Positions 29,452 to 37,932 of a stretch of DNA of 64,000 nucleotides are shown here, piece after piece. The first letter of the stretch is position 1. Every line of letters begins with the position of its first letter. The position numbers were made by a program, and so were the translations under genes. This DNA is from Deltaproteobacteria bacterium (lineage in GTDB: Bacteria > Myxococcota_A > Polyangia > Fen-1088): assembly GCA_033763315.1 (NCBI GenBank), contig JANRKS010000016.1, positions 128,001-192,000 on the forward strand, written 5' to 3'. A model generated the notes under the pieces. That model ran no database searches. It saw nothing but the letters and a program-made list of their open reading frames with translations, and was not told the origin of the DNA.

Positions 29452-32400
29452 CTACGGTGCTGCGCATTCACCTTTGAAACGGTGCTGGCCTGATCCTACG
29501 TCTTGGGTCTTTGACGCCGTTGCTGTAGACGATGATGACGAGGGCAACGTCACCTTGGCGCGGGCGTTGGGAGGAATCGTAATTTGAAGCTGGAATTTCC
29601 CTTGGTCGCAGCGCCATTCGCTCTTCACCAATCCGTAGGGTGTCTCCACCGCGCCCGTGGCGCGCGTCAACCCGCCCCCCGGCTGAGGAGCGATTTGCAC
29701 CAAGCGGTAGCCGGGCTCAAGAGGCGAGATGCCCGCCACGGTGTCGTACAGCCATTCGCCCACCGCACCTAAAGAGTAGTGGTTGAAGCTGTTCATCGTG
29801 GGCGAGGCAAACCCCTTCTCTTTCGTCCACCCATCCCAGCGTTCCCAAATGGTGGTGGCGCCGGCCTTGATGCTGTAGCCCCATGACGGAAACGTTTCTT
29901 TCGTAAGCAGCTTGTAGGCCACATCAAGCCGACCAAACCGAGACAACGTCGGCAATAGGTGGCCCACGCCTATGAATCCCGTGGTTAGGTGCCCCGCGTG
30001 AGACTCGATGTCTTGCACCAAGTGCTGCAGTGCCTTTTCACGAAGCGGCTCAGGCAAAAGGTTAAAACGAAGCGCCAATACGTAAGCCGTTTGCGTATCG
30101 CTCTTGATACGCGCGTCCGACGAAACAAACGCCTTTACAAACGCGTCCCGAATTTGTTTTGCCAGTGATTGATAGGCATGGGCGTCGTCAAGGTAGCCAA
30201 GGGCGTGCGCCGTTTGCGCGACGAGCGACGTTGTTTGCGCAAAGAACGCCGTCGCCAAAACCGTCTTGTCTGTGTTTGCGTTAAGGGATAGCCAATCACC
30301 AAAGTTGCCGCCCTGCTTTTTCTCCCACAGCAGATTCGGGTTGTTGCTGCGAATCCACGCCACCCAACTTTTCATGGCCGCATAGTTGTCACGCAGCAGC
30401 TGCAGGTCGCCGAATTCCTCGTAGAGGGCCCAAGGTATGATGACGCCTGCGTCACCCCACCCCGGGGTTGAATCTCCCGTCGCCGGGGCGCGCGGCGCAA
30501 CATCCGAAAACGCGCCGGCCGGGCTTTGCGCATCCCGCACATCGGCCAGCCATTTTGCCAAAAATGGCAACACGTTACGGTTGCGCGCAGCCGTGCGTAC
30601 AAACACTTGAGCGTCACCCAACCAGCCAAGGCGTTCATCACGTTGCGGGCAATCCGTGGGCACGCTGATGAAATTTCCTCTTTGACCCCACTCAATGTTG
30701 GAGACAAGTTGGTTCACGAGTGCATTTGAGGTTTGGAGCCGGCCCGTGACGGGCATCTCTGAATGCACCACCGCGGCTGTTAGAACATCGCGCGAAGGTC
30801 GGCCCGGAAAACCAACAAGCTCAACGAACCGAAATCCATGGATCGAAAAGCGCGGCTGCCAAACCTCCTTTCGATCCAAGCCCGCGAACGTATACCGATC
30901 CGTAGCCTGGGCCGTTCGGAGGTTCTCAGTGTAAAGCGATCCATCCTGATTCAGCATCTCGCCAAAGCGCAGGGTGATCTGTGTTCCGCGCGGCGCCTGA
31001 GCACGCAGTTTCGCAAACCCTGGCATGTTTTGGCCGAAGTCAAAGATATAGACGCCGGGCGACGGCTGTGTCACAGCAACCGCCTTGCGCTCCTCGAACA
31101 CACGTACAGGCAAGCTGGCTTCTGCAACCAATCGAGGATCTTGCGGTGTTCGCGCTATCACGTGTGCAGGCGCCCACTCGTGATCGTCATAAGTTGGGGT
31201 TGACCAACGTGCGTCGAGCGCGGTGGCGTCGAACGTTTCACCGTCTTGTAAGTCCGCTGCTTTGATGGGGCCCGGCGTTGCCTTCCAGCCTGGACCGGAA
31301 TGAATCACCTGGCGTTTGCCATCTTGTGTTTCGATGACCAGGTTCAACAGCAAACGCGCATGGTCTCCGTAAGCGCTTCTACCCGCATACCCCACCTTCC
31401 CCGCATACCAACCATCTGCCACGTAGGCGCCAATCGCGTTTCGCCCTGAGATAACCTGAGACGTAACGTCGTGCGTTTGGTATTGCAGCCGCTTGCCATA
31501 GTCTGTCCACCCAGGCGCAAGCTGTTCACTGCCAACCTTGTGGCCATTGAGCTCCACTTCGTAAAGTCCCAACGCCGTGACGTAAAGCCGCGCGGATCGA
31601 ACTTTTCCACTGATGTCGAAGACCCTCCGCAGCTGCGGCGCAGGGCGCGCTCGAAAGTAGTCGATGACGTTTAAGTTGGCCACACCTCGCCAAAATTTTC
31701 CCTGCCCGGCAGGTGCGGCTTCTTTGGCTGCCACCCACACGTGATTGCCGTTGTGCGCTTGCCAGCGTCTGTCCGTTGAAAGGATGATTGTGGAACCGCC
31801 TTCAAGTTGCACGCGCAGTTGAGCGGCCACGCCAGCGGCATCGCTCCCGTTGGAGGCGGCAAAAACGATCTCATTTTCGCCAGCGTGAAGCGCTTGTCGC
31901 ACATCGAAGGGATAAAGGCGATACAGCCCGGGCGCCCTGCCGATGTGTTGGTTGTTCACAGTGATGTTGGCTTCACCATCCGCGGCCACACCCAAGTACG
32001 CACTGAGAATGCGCGCGTCATTGGGCAAGGTAAAGGACCGACGCAACCACCGCTTCGCGGCCGGCGCCGCCACGGCGGGATCGCCTTCGGGGTACCAAAT
32101 CCAAAACAAACCTTCCTTCTGCACGGGCAGGGGACCGTCGGTCGGCGGCGGGCCAGACACAAAGTCGCCCTGCCAATCCTTGGCGTCCAAAAGCCCCATC
32201 TCCCACCACGCCGTGTGGCTCACGGCCGACCGGCCTTGGTTGTCCCACACCTGAACGCTCCAGTGAACGCGCTCGGCGGATCGCAGTTCTTTGCCTGCGT
32301 AATCAACAAACACCGAATTGCTTTGAGATACCTTTCCTGAGTCCCAAAGGTTTCCGCGGGCACTCCACGCGCGCAGCCGGTATGCCACCTGCGTTACATC

Positions 32401-32580
32401 GGGGGTTGCCGATCGCAACTGCCACGACAGGCGCGGCTTCGTGTTGTCGATGCCGAGTGGGTTGTTCTTGTAGTCGCAAGTTAACCGTACGACTTCAAGT
32501 CGTCCGCGTGCGTGAGACTGGGGTGCGCGCACGAACGAAGACAAGATTACAGCGAGGAAGGTGAAGTGGAATGCTTTCAT
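29452..32580 (-). CDS. Secreted alpha-L-rhamnosidase, glycoside hydrolase family 78
   Basis: PRLSWQL, DFGQN, PTDCPQRDERLGWLGDAQ, GATTIWERW, SFNHY; GGAG RBS before ATG 32580. Confidence 0.93.
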   Translation of the reverse strand: MKAFHFTFLAVILSSFVRAPQSHARGRLEVVRLTCDYKNNPLGIDNTKPRLSWQLRSATPDVTQVAYRLRAWSARGNLWDSGKVSQSNSVFVDYAGKELRSAERVHWSVQVWDNQGRSAVSHTAWWEMGLLDAKDWQGDFVSGPPPTDGPLPVQKEGLFWIWYPEGDPAVAAPAAKRWLRRSFTLPNDARILSAYLGVAADGEANITVNNQHIGRAPGLYRLYPFDVRQALHAGENEIVFAASNGSDAAGVAAQLRVQLEGGSTIILSTDRRWQAHNGNHVWVAAKEAAPAGQGKFWRGVANLNVIDYFRARPAPQLRRVFDISGKVRSARLYVTALGLYEVELNGHKVGSEQLAPGWTDYGKRLQYQTHDVTSQVISGRNAIGAYVADGWYAGKVGYAGRSAYGDHARLLLNLVIETQDGKRQVIHSGPGWKATPGPIKAADLQDGETFDATALDARWSTPTYDDHEWAPAHVIARTPQDPRLVAEASLPVRVFEERKAVAVTQPSPGVYIFDFGQNMPGFAKLRAQAPRGTQITLRFGEMLNQDGSLYTENLRTAQATDRYTFAGLDRKEVWQPRFSIHGFRFVELVGFPGRPSRDVLTAAVVHSEMPVTGRLQTSNALVNQLVSNIEWGQRGNFISVPTDCPQRDERLGWLGDAQVFVRTAARNRNVLPFLAKWLADVRDAQSPAGAFSDVAPRAPATGDSTPGWGDAGVIIPWALYEEFGDLQLLRDNYAAMKSWVAWIRSNNPNLLWEKKQGGNFGDWLSLNANTDKTVLATAFFAQTTSLVAQTAHALGYLDDAHAYQSLAKQIRDAFVKAFVSSDARIKSDTQTAYVLALRFNLLPEPLREKALQHLVQDIESHAGHLTTGFIGVGHLLPTLSRFGRLDVAYKLLTKETFPSWGYSIKAGATTIWERWDGWTKEKGFASPTMNSFNHYSLGAVGEWLYDTVAGISPLEPGYRLVQIAPQPGGGLTRATGAVETPYGLVKSEWRCDQGKFQLQITIPPNARAKVTLPSSSSSTATASKTQDVGSGQHRFKGECAAP

Positions 32581-32837
32581 GTGGCGCTCCAACGCTAGCT
32601 GGTGCAACCAACATCGCCCCTCGTCAATTTATGCAAATCGGTTCCGTCCGTGCGAGAGGCGTGACCTAGATTCCAGAAAATCGCGGCCGCAGGTTTTGCA
32701 AAGCGTCTCGGTATTTCAGGCAAGTTCTTTGGTTCTTCTAGAGGACGGCGAAGGCAAGCAGGCAAGCTAAACTAGCAACTGCTTTGGCCCACGGCAGTTT
32801 TGTGGGCTACCTGCCCTTTCGCCACGAGGTTGTTTGC

Positions 32838-33788
32838 ATGCAGTACGGCTCACACCAGGTGACGGTGGTTCCATTCCTTTGTTCGATGCTGATGGCATGC
32901 CAAGCCCAATTGGCCACAACGGACGACGTCGAACCAAACGAAGACGACCCAGCGGGCGACGAAGAAAGGGAGGAGGATGCGTGGGAAGGCCAGGCGGTCG
33001 CCCCAAACGCCGCGGGAGGCGGGACGCCTATCGTCACACACGATGCCGGTTCGCCAACACCAAGGGAAGAGATACCTGCCTTGGATGCGGCGGCTCCGGA
33101 TGCGTTTTTGGCACCTGCCGGGTACGTAAGAACAGCGGTGGGCGTTGGCTACGGTGGCATTCGGATCACATCATTTGATGGCGGTCGCACGTGGTCTAAA
33201 ACGGGTGAAGTGGAGGCCAACGGGGGCGATGACACGAACCTCATCCGTGCCGTCACGTGGGGAAAGAACCTGTGGATTGCCGGCGGCTGGGGCAAGTGGT
33301 GGGTTTCGGCTACAGGACGCGATTGGCAAATGAAGCCGCATAAGTTCGGCATCATTCAAGGGATGGCATTCGGCAACGACATCTTCATGGCAACCGAGAT
33401 GGACGGCCGTGTCCATACATCACGTGACGGGGAAACATGGACAACCCTAGGTAACGTGGGCGTGGGCAACCACGCACGGCTTGTGTTCGGCAATGGGCTG
33501 TTCGCGGCCTCGGGTGATTCGGGGGCCACGATGACATCGAAGGACGGCGTGAGTTGGCAACGCCTTTCCGTACCGAACGTTGTCGCGTTCTGTGACGGCC
33601 AGTTCAAGAGCAACCGCGATTGTTATGGCGAAACGTACAACGCCGGGATCTGGACAGAAGGTCTGTGGCTGAAGATCGGCGGTGGCGGCGTGTTGTTTTC
33701 AGAAACGGGACAAAAGTGGGTTTTGGCGCACCGTCTCGTCGGAAACGCAATTGATGACCTAGCCGTGGGATGGTCTAGACAGCCGTAA
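32838..33788 (+). CDS. Lipoprotein with BNR/Asp-box-like beta-propeller repeats
   Basis: Lipobox LMAC; acidic stalk; repeats SFDGGRTW, SATGRDW, SRDGETW, SKDGVSW, SETGQKW. Start uncertain (track start 32784). Confidence 0.75.
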   Translation: MQYGSHQVTVVPFLCSMLMACQAQLATTDDVEPNEDDPAGDEEREEDAWEGQAVAPNAAGGGTPIVTHDAGSPTPREEIPALDAAAPDAFLAPAGYVRTAVGVGYGGIRITSFDGGRTWSKTGEVEANGGDDTNLIRAVTWGKNLWIAGGWGKWWVSATGRDWQMKPHKFGIIQGMAFGNDIFMATEMDGRVHTSRDGETWTTLGNVGVGNHARLVFGNGLFAASGDSGATMTSKDGVSWQRLSVPNVVAFCDGQFKSNRDCYGETYNAGIWTEGLWLKIGGGGVLFSETGQKWVLAHRLVGNAIDDLAVGWSRQP

Positions 33789-33961
33789 AAACGCGCGGGC
33801 GGAACACGTCGGGGCTCACAAACACCATCGAGCTCGCCCCCGCAAAGTAGGCGTGCGCGCACGCATCTGTGGGTGAGATACGTCTGCCTCCGCAATTCGC
33901 GCAGTAGATTGCGCGTGTAAGAAGCATTATCGCAACGGGGGAGGCGTGTTAGCTGCAAAGG

Positions 33962-34939
33962 ATGGCGAAGTGCAGTTCAGTAAGCGCAAATCCGATCGCA
34001 GTTTCCTTTAGCGTCCTCTTGGCAATGGCTTTGGCAACGGCCTGCCAATCGAGCTCCGATGAGGGCTCGTCCAAAGGGGGAGAAGGGGGTGAGTCCACGG
34101 GCGGCGGTGGCAAAGGAGGTGCTGGTGGAAAGCAAGGCTCGGGGGGAACGGGTGGCAAGGGTGGTGTCGGCGGCACCCCCGCGCAAGGTGGCTCGTCCGC
34201 GGGCGCCGCTGGTAGTTCTTCAGGAGGAAGCGGAGGGGGAGGAGGAAGCGCATCTGGCGGTTCTGGGGGCGTTGCGGGTACGGGCGGTGCCGCGGGCGCG
34301 CCTGCACAAGGGGGATCGGCAGGCACGCCGCCCGCCATCTCTGGGCCAGGTGTGTTCTTCTCCGGGCGCGACATGACAGTGACCAAACTGCAAGCCAGCG
34401 ATGCAGGGCCTGGCTACTTTTACGCCGTCCCGAACGTGCCGCTTGGTCCTCAGATCGTTGAGGTCAGCAGCCCCGAGTTGCCGATGGGCACCAAATATGC
34501 GGCGTCGTTTGCATTGATGGATCAAAGCGAAGGCAACTTCATTGTTGGGTGGAACTGGCGCCAGAACGACGGGCAAAAGTGGTCATGGTTTGACATGAGC
34601 GCTTACGCGGGCATCTCCATGTGGGTCAAGGCGGATAAGCTCATGGCGTTCAACTCGTTCTTGCTCTACGACCCATCGAACATTCTCACCACCGACGGCG
34701 GGGGCGGCACTTGCGCACAAGCGCCCTGTGCACCAATCCCCAACGGCACGCCGGTCGTTGTGCGGACGACGTGGACGCGCGTTGTACAGCGGTTCTCCGA
34801 GTTTGTGTCGGGCACGCCTGACCTAACAAAGCAAGGACGCGTTGACTTGCTTCAGTTGCGCTTGGGTGCAGGCCCAGGTGCAACCGTCTGGATCACCGGC
34901 ATTCAGCTTCTCAAGGAAAACGAACTGCCTCCTCTATAA
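33962..34939 (+). CDS. Gly-rich-stalk lipoprotein with a CBM11-like (galactose-binding fold) head
   Basis: Lipobox ATAC; about 95 aa Gly-rich linker; DMSAYAGISMWVK, GGGTC-x4-C and TWTRVVQRFSEF resemble myxobacterial CBM11-like domains. Domain call is tentative. Confidence 0.65.
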   Translation: MAKCSSVSANPIAVSFSVLLAMALATACQSSSDEGSSKGGEGGESTGGGGKGGAGGKQGSGGTGGKGGVGGTPAQGGSSAGAAGSSSGGSGGGGGSASGGSGGVAGTGGAAGAPAQGGSAGTPPAISGPGVFFSGRDMTVTKLQASDAGPGYFYAVPNVPLGPQIVEVSSPELPMGTKYAASFALMDQSEGNFIVGWNWRQNDGQKWSWFDMSAYAGISMWVKADKLMAFNSFLLYDPSNILTTDGGGGTCAQAPCAPIPNGTPVVVRTTWTRVVQRFSEFVSGTPDLTKQGRVDLLQLRLGAGPGATVWITGIQLLKENELPPL

Positions 34940-34991
34940 GCGTGCGGCTTTCATCTCTTGGGCGTATTGAAGCGCCAACCAGGAGTTCACC

Positions 34992-36044
34992 ATGCGTCGT
35001 TCTTTGGTCCTGTGGTTGGCAGCCGGCGTCGCCATCTTCGCCTGCACCTCTTCTCCCCGCACAGATAGCGAAGCTACGGGCGAAGAAGAGGCGGCGGGCG
35101 ATGGCGGCGAGATGGCGGGTGGCAGGGTGGATGATCCAGATTTCGCGAGCGGCGGCGGCACGAACGCGGCCGGCTCGGGTGGAATCAGGACCGAGCCCCC
35201 TTCGGCAGGGGCTTCAGGCGGTGTGGCCGCAGGCGGCGGAACATCCACAACATCCACAGGCGGACGAATGGCCGCGGGTGGCGCGGGAGGGTCTGGTTTG
35301 AGCTGCGCGGAGCTGTCGAATTGCGACAGCTTCGAGGCCTACGCCTCAGGCAGCCGGCCAGCGGGACCATGGACAGCGTTTGAGGTGAGCGGTGGCAGCT
35401 TGTCTGTGGACGAAACGCGCTCGTTCGGCACTGGCAAGAAGTCGCTGAAAATCTCGGTGTCGCCGGGGGGCGAAATGCTCGCGCGCATGCAACACAAAGG
35501 CACGGGCGTTCTGCCTGCCGAAAGCCTCTACATGCGGATGATGGTTTACATGGACGAAGCGCCTAAGGGCAGCGGCCATTGGAACTGGATGGGCGCCGAG
35601 GGCACGGTGGCTGCGAAGAGCGGCGGACGCCTCAGCAACGCATATGTCGGCAACGGGGGTAACCTCACAGGTGGCTCAACGTGGATGATCTACGCCGCAG
35701 GCGCCAACGGTGGCTTTCAAGATTGTTTTAGCGCGGCCTCCACCAAGCTCCCCACCAAACAATGGGCGTGCTTCGAGCTTTACCTAGACGCGAAGACCGA
35801 CCGCGCTTTGGCGTGGGTCAATGGCAAACCAGATGATCTACTATCAGTGGACGCTGCTGTTCCCCTTGCGGGCAACTGTGTGCCGGGCTTCGACTACACA
35901 AACGGGAAGTGGTTCATTCCTCGCCTGGAGAAGCTCTATTTCGGCTGGCGCATGTACCACACTCTGGCGGCGCCGGCTGCCGCATGGCTGGACGACATCG
36001 CCATCGGCACGACGCGCATCGGTTGCCCTGCGGCCCCCCGCTAG
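34992..36044 (+). CDS. Gly-rich-stalk lipoprotein with a ConA/Cip1-like (polysaccharide-lyase-like jelly roll) head
   Basis: AGGAG RBS; lipobox IFAC; CDSFE, VDETRSFGTGKKSLKI, LYMRMMVY, WACFE, WLDDIAIGTTRIGC. Domain call is tentative. Confidence 0.65.
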   Translation: MRRSLVLWLAAGVAIFACTSSPRTDSEATGEEEAAGDGGEMAGGRVDDPDFASGGGTNAAGSGGIRTEPPSAGASGGVAAGGGTSTTSTGGRMAAGGAGGSGLSCAELSNCDSFEAYASGSRPAGPWTAFEVSGGSLSVDETRSFGTGKKSLKISVSPGGEMLARMQHKGTGVLPAESLYMRMMVYMDEAPKGSGHWNWMGAEGTVAAKSGGRLSNAYVGNGGNLTGGSTWMIYAAGANGGFQDCFSAASTKLPTKQWACFELYLDAKTDRALAWVNGKPDDLLSVDAAVPLAGNCVPGFDYTNGKWFIPRLEKLYFGWRMYHTLAAPAAAWLDDIAIGTTRIGCPAAPR

Positions 36045-36095
36045 GCGATTCGCGCATTCGCTTTTGGGCACGTGACGCGAGCCGTACGTCGATCC

Positions 36096-36398
36096 TCAAG
36101 GTGTGCCTTGATCCAAGAGCGATCTGGTGTCTCGCATCAGCTGCTCCAGTCCTTCTTCAATCTTTCGCACCCGCAGAACAAGTGAAGATGTTGGTGCAGT
36201 GGGTTCAACGACATCCTCTTTGCTGGCCGGCAAATCAAGTTCGCGGCGCCAGCGGTAAAGCAAACTTACGGGAATGTCGTAAGCACGCCCCACCGCTGAA
36301 ACCGAACCGTGCTGCTTAACAGCATCCGTTAACAAGAAGCGCTTCTGCTCGTTTGAAAGACGCCGGCGGCGCCCCGGCTGCAGCTTCAAGATTTTCAT
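36096..36398 (-). CDS. Stand-alone transposase-type HTH protein (HTH_Tnp_1; IS66 TnpA / IS3 OrfA-like)
   Basis: RRRRLSNEQK...GSVSAVGRAYDIPVSLLYRWRR plus a short coiled coil; GGAG upstream; no catalytic transposase adjacent. Confidence 0.7.
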   Translation of the reverse strand: MKILKLQPGRRRRLSNEQKRFLLTDAVKQHGSVSAVGRAYDIPVSLLYRWRRELDLPASKEDVVEPTAPTSSLVLRVRKIEEGLEQLMRDTRSLLDQGTP

Positions 36399-36510
36399 TT
36401 TGGTCTATCTCCCACACAAGAGATACCTTACCCGCGCGCGCCACGGGCTACGTCATTCGTTCGCAAACAATTGCGTGAAGTGCGCAGAGTCAGGTCGAAC
36501 GAGCGTCGGG

Positions 36511-37932
36511 CTAGACGACGATGTCAGGCAGCACCCGCTTAGGAAGCCCCGCATCGCCGAAGTCATCAACCGGCGCACCACCTGGCTTGGTGACATCCGC
36601 AGCGGCCAAAAGCGCATTCATCAATTGGTTGTGCGAGACGCCACCGGCATCCATGAAGCGTCCTGTTTTCAGGCGCCCGTTCGCCGCCCCCAGGATGACG
36701 TATGGCAAGCTGCGTCCGTCGTGTGCACCGTTGGCAATTTGGTTGGTCCACACGGCAAAGCCACGATCCAAGAGTGAACCGTCGGGCGATGTGCTCGCAG
36801 CCAACTTGTCGCCCAGGTATCCAAACTGATCCATCAACAAGCGGTCAATGCGTGCATGAGTTTCCACGGCGTTGGGGATGGGATCACCATCTGAGCCGTC
36901 GCTCATCACGCGATGGGAAATCATGTGAAAGCTTGGCAAAGTGACGCCGTCCAGAACGAAACTTATGCCATCGTTGTTGTCGCCGACTTTAAGCGACGCT
37001 GATCGCGTGATGTCGCCCGCAAACGCGAACGCAATCAGATCCATATGCAGCCGCACCAGCGCGTCTCGATGGGCGTCCACGTGCACCTTAAGCCGCATGT
37101 TGGCGTCTTTACCATCCATCGCTTCCATTTCCTTTAAGGTCGTGGAAGGCAGGCCGGCCGTCATTCCCAATTCGATGTCACGAATCGCAGTAAAGTGCGC
37201 GTCAAGGCGTCGCTTGTCTTCTGCGCTAAGGTCGGCGCGGCTCTGCAGGCGTTTGATCTGGGAACGAACGAAATCGTTCACGCTCTTACGACGCGTGGCC
37301 ACCAACTTGAGCGCATCGGCGTTGCCGCCGGCCAAACCCACGATGCGCGTGTAAGCGGCCCATGGGCTTGAGTCCGGGCTATGCGGCTGCATGGGACCCT
37401 TGTATGAAACGTAGCCCGGGTTGCCATAACCCTTGCCGCCTGTGGAATTGCGGCCGGCGTGCAACACCAGCGGCCCACGACCGTTGGCATTCTTCTCGCG
37501 CGCGATGCGATGATCGATCGATTCACCTTGCGCCAAGCTGCTGGCCGGGCCGTCCTTGTCTTCAGAGCCCGGGGTTGCCGTCAGACATTGGTTGTCGCCC
37601 CACGTGTGCGAACACGCGCGTGGGCTCAGAAATGATTGGTTCACACCGCGGACCAACAACAGCTTGCTGGCGAAACGCGATAACCGCCCCGTGGCGCGGC
37701 TCTTGGCATCAGCCTCCAACTTGGCGGTGGTCAAAGCGCCGGTGGTCGACGGCCAAAACATCTCGGGCTCTTCACCTAAGTTTTGAACCACGCCGTTGCA
37801 GCCCACAACGAAAACCGCATACGTGGGCTTCGTGGCAGCCTTGGCTTTACCCTCGAAAATGTCTAGCGCGGGCAATGCCAACGTTGCGCCGGCCCATCCC
37901 CGCAAGACTTTACGACGGCTCACGGCTTTCAT
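36511..37932 (-). CDS. Tat-exported DUF1552 protein (cassette 5)
   Basis: ATGA overlap; SRRKVLRG; SIDH, RKSVND, LDAHFTAIRDIE, FHMISH, WTNQIANGAH. Confidence 0.9.
   Translation of the reverse strand: MKAVSRRKVLRGWAGATLALPALDIFEGKAKAATKPTYAVFVVGCNGVVQNLGEEPEMFWPSTTGALTTAKLEADAKSRATGRLSRFASKLLLVRGVNQSFLSPRACSHTWGDNQCLTATPGSEDKDGPASSLAQGESIDHRIAREKNANGRGPLVLHAGRNSTGGKGYGNPGYVSYKGPMQPHSPDSSPWAAYTRIVGLAGGNADALKLVATRRKSVNDFVRSQIKRLQSRADLSAEDKRRLDAHFTAIRDIELGMTAGLPSTTLKEMEAMDGKDANMRLKVHVDAHRDALVRLHMDLIAFAFAGDITRSASLKVGDNNDGISFVLDGVTLPSFHMISHRVMSDGSDGDPIPNAVETHARIDRLLMDQFGYLGDKLAASTSPDGSLLDRGFAVWTNQIANGAHDGRSLPYVILGAANGRLKTGRFMDAGGVSHNQLMNALLAAADVTKPGGAPVDDFGDAGLPKRVLPDIVV

Noticed and set aside
34060-34340. 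Repetitive GGC/GGT-rich tracts as a possible CRISPR or tandem repeat
   Set aside because: No fixed-length repeat-spacer structure; they are Gly-rich coding linkers, and there are no cas genes in the window.
36045-36510. Complete insertion sequence
   Set aside because: No catalytic transposase, terminal inverted repeats or target duplication found; kept only as a lone HTH gene.
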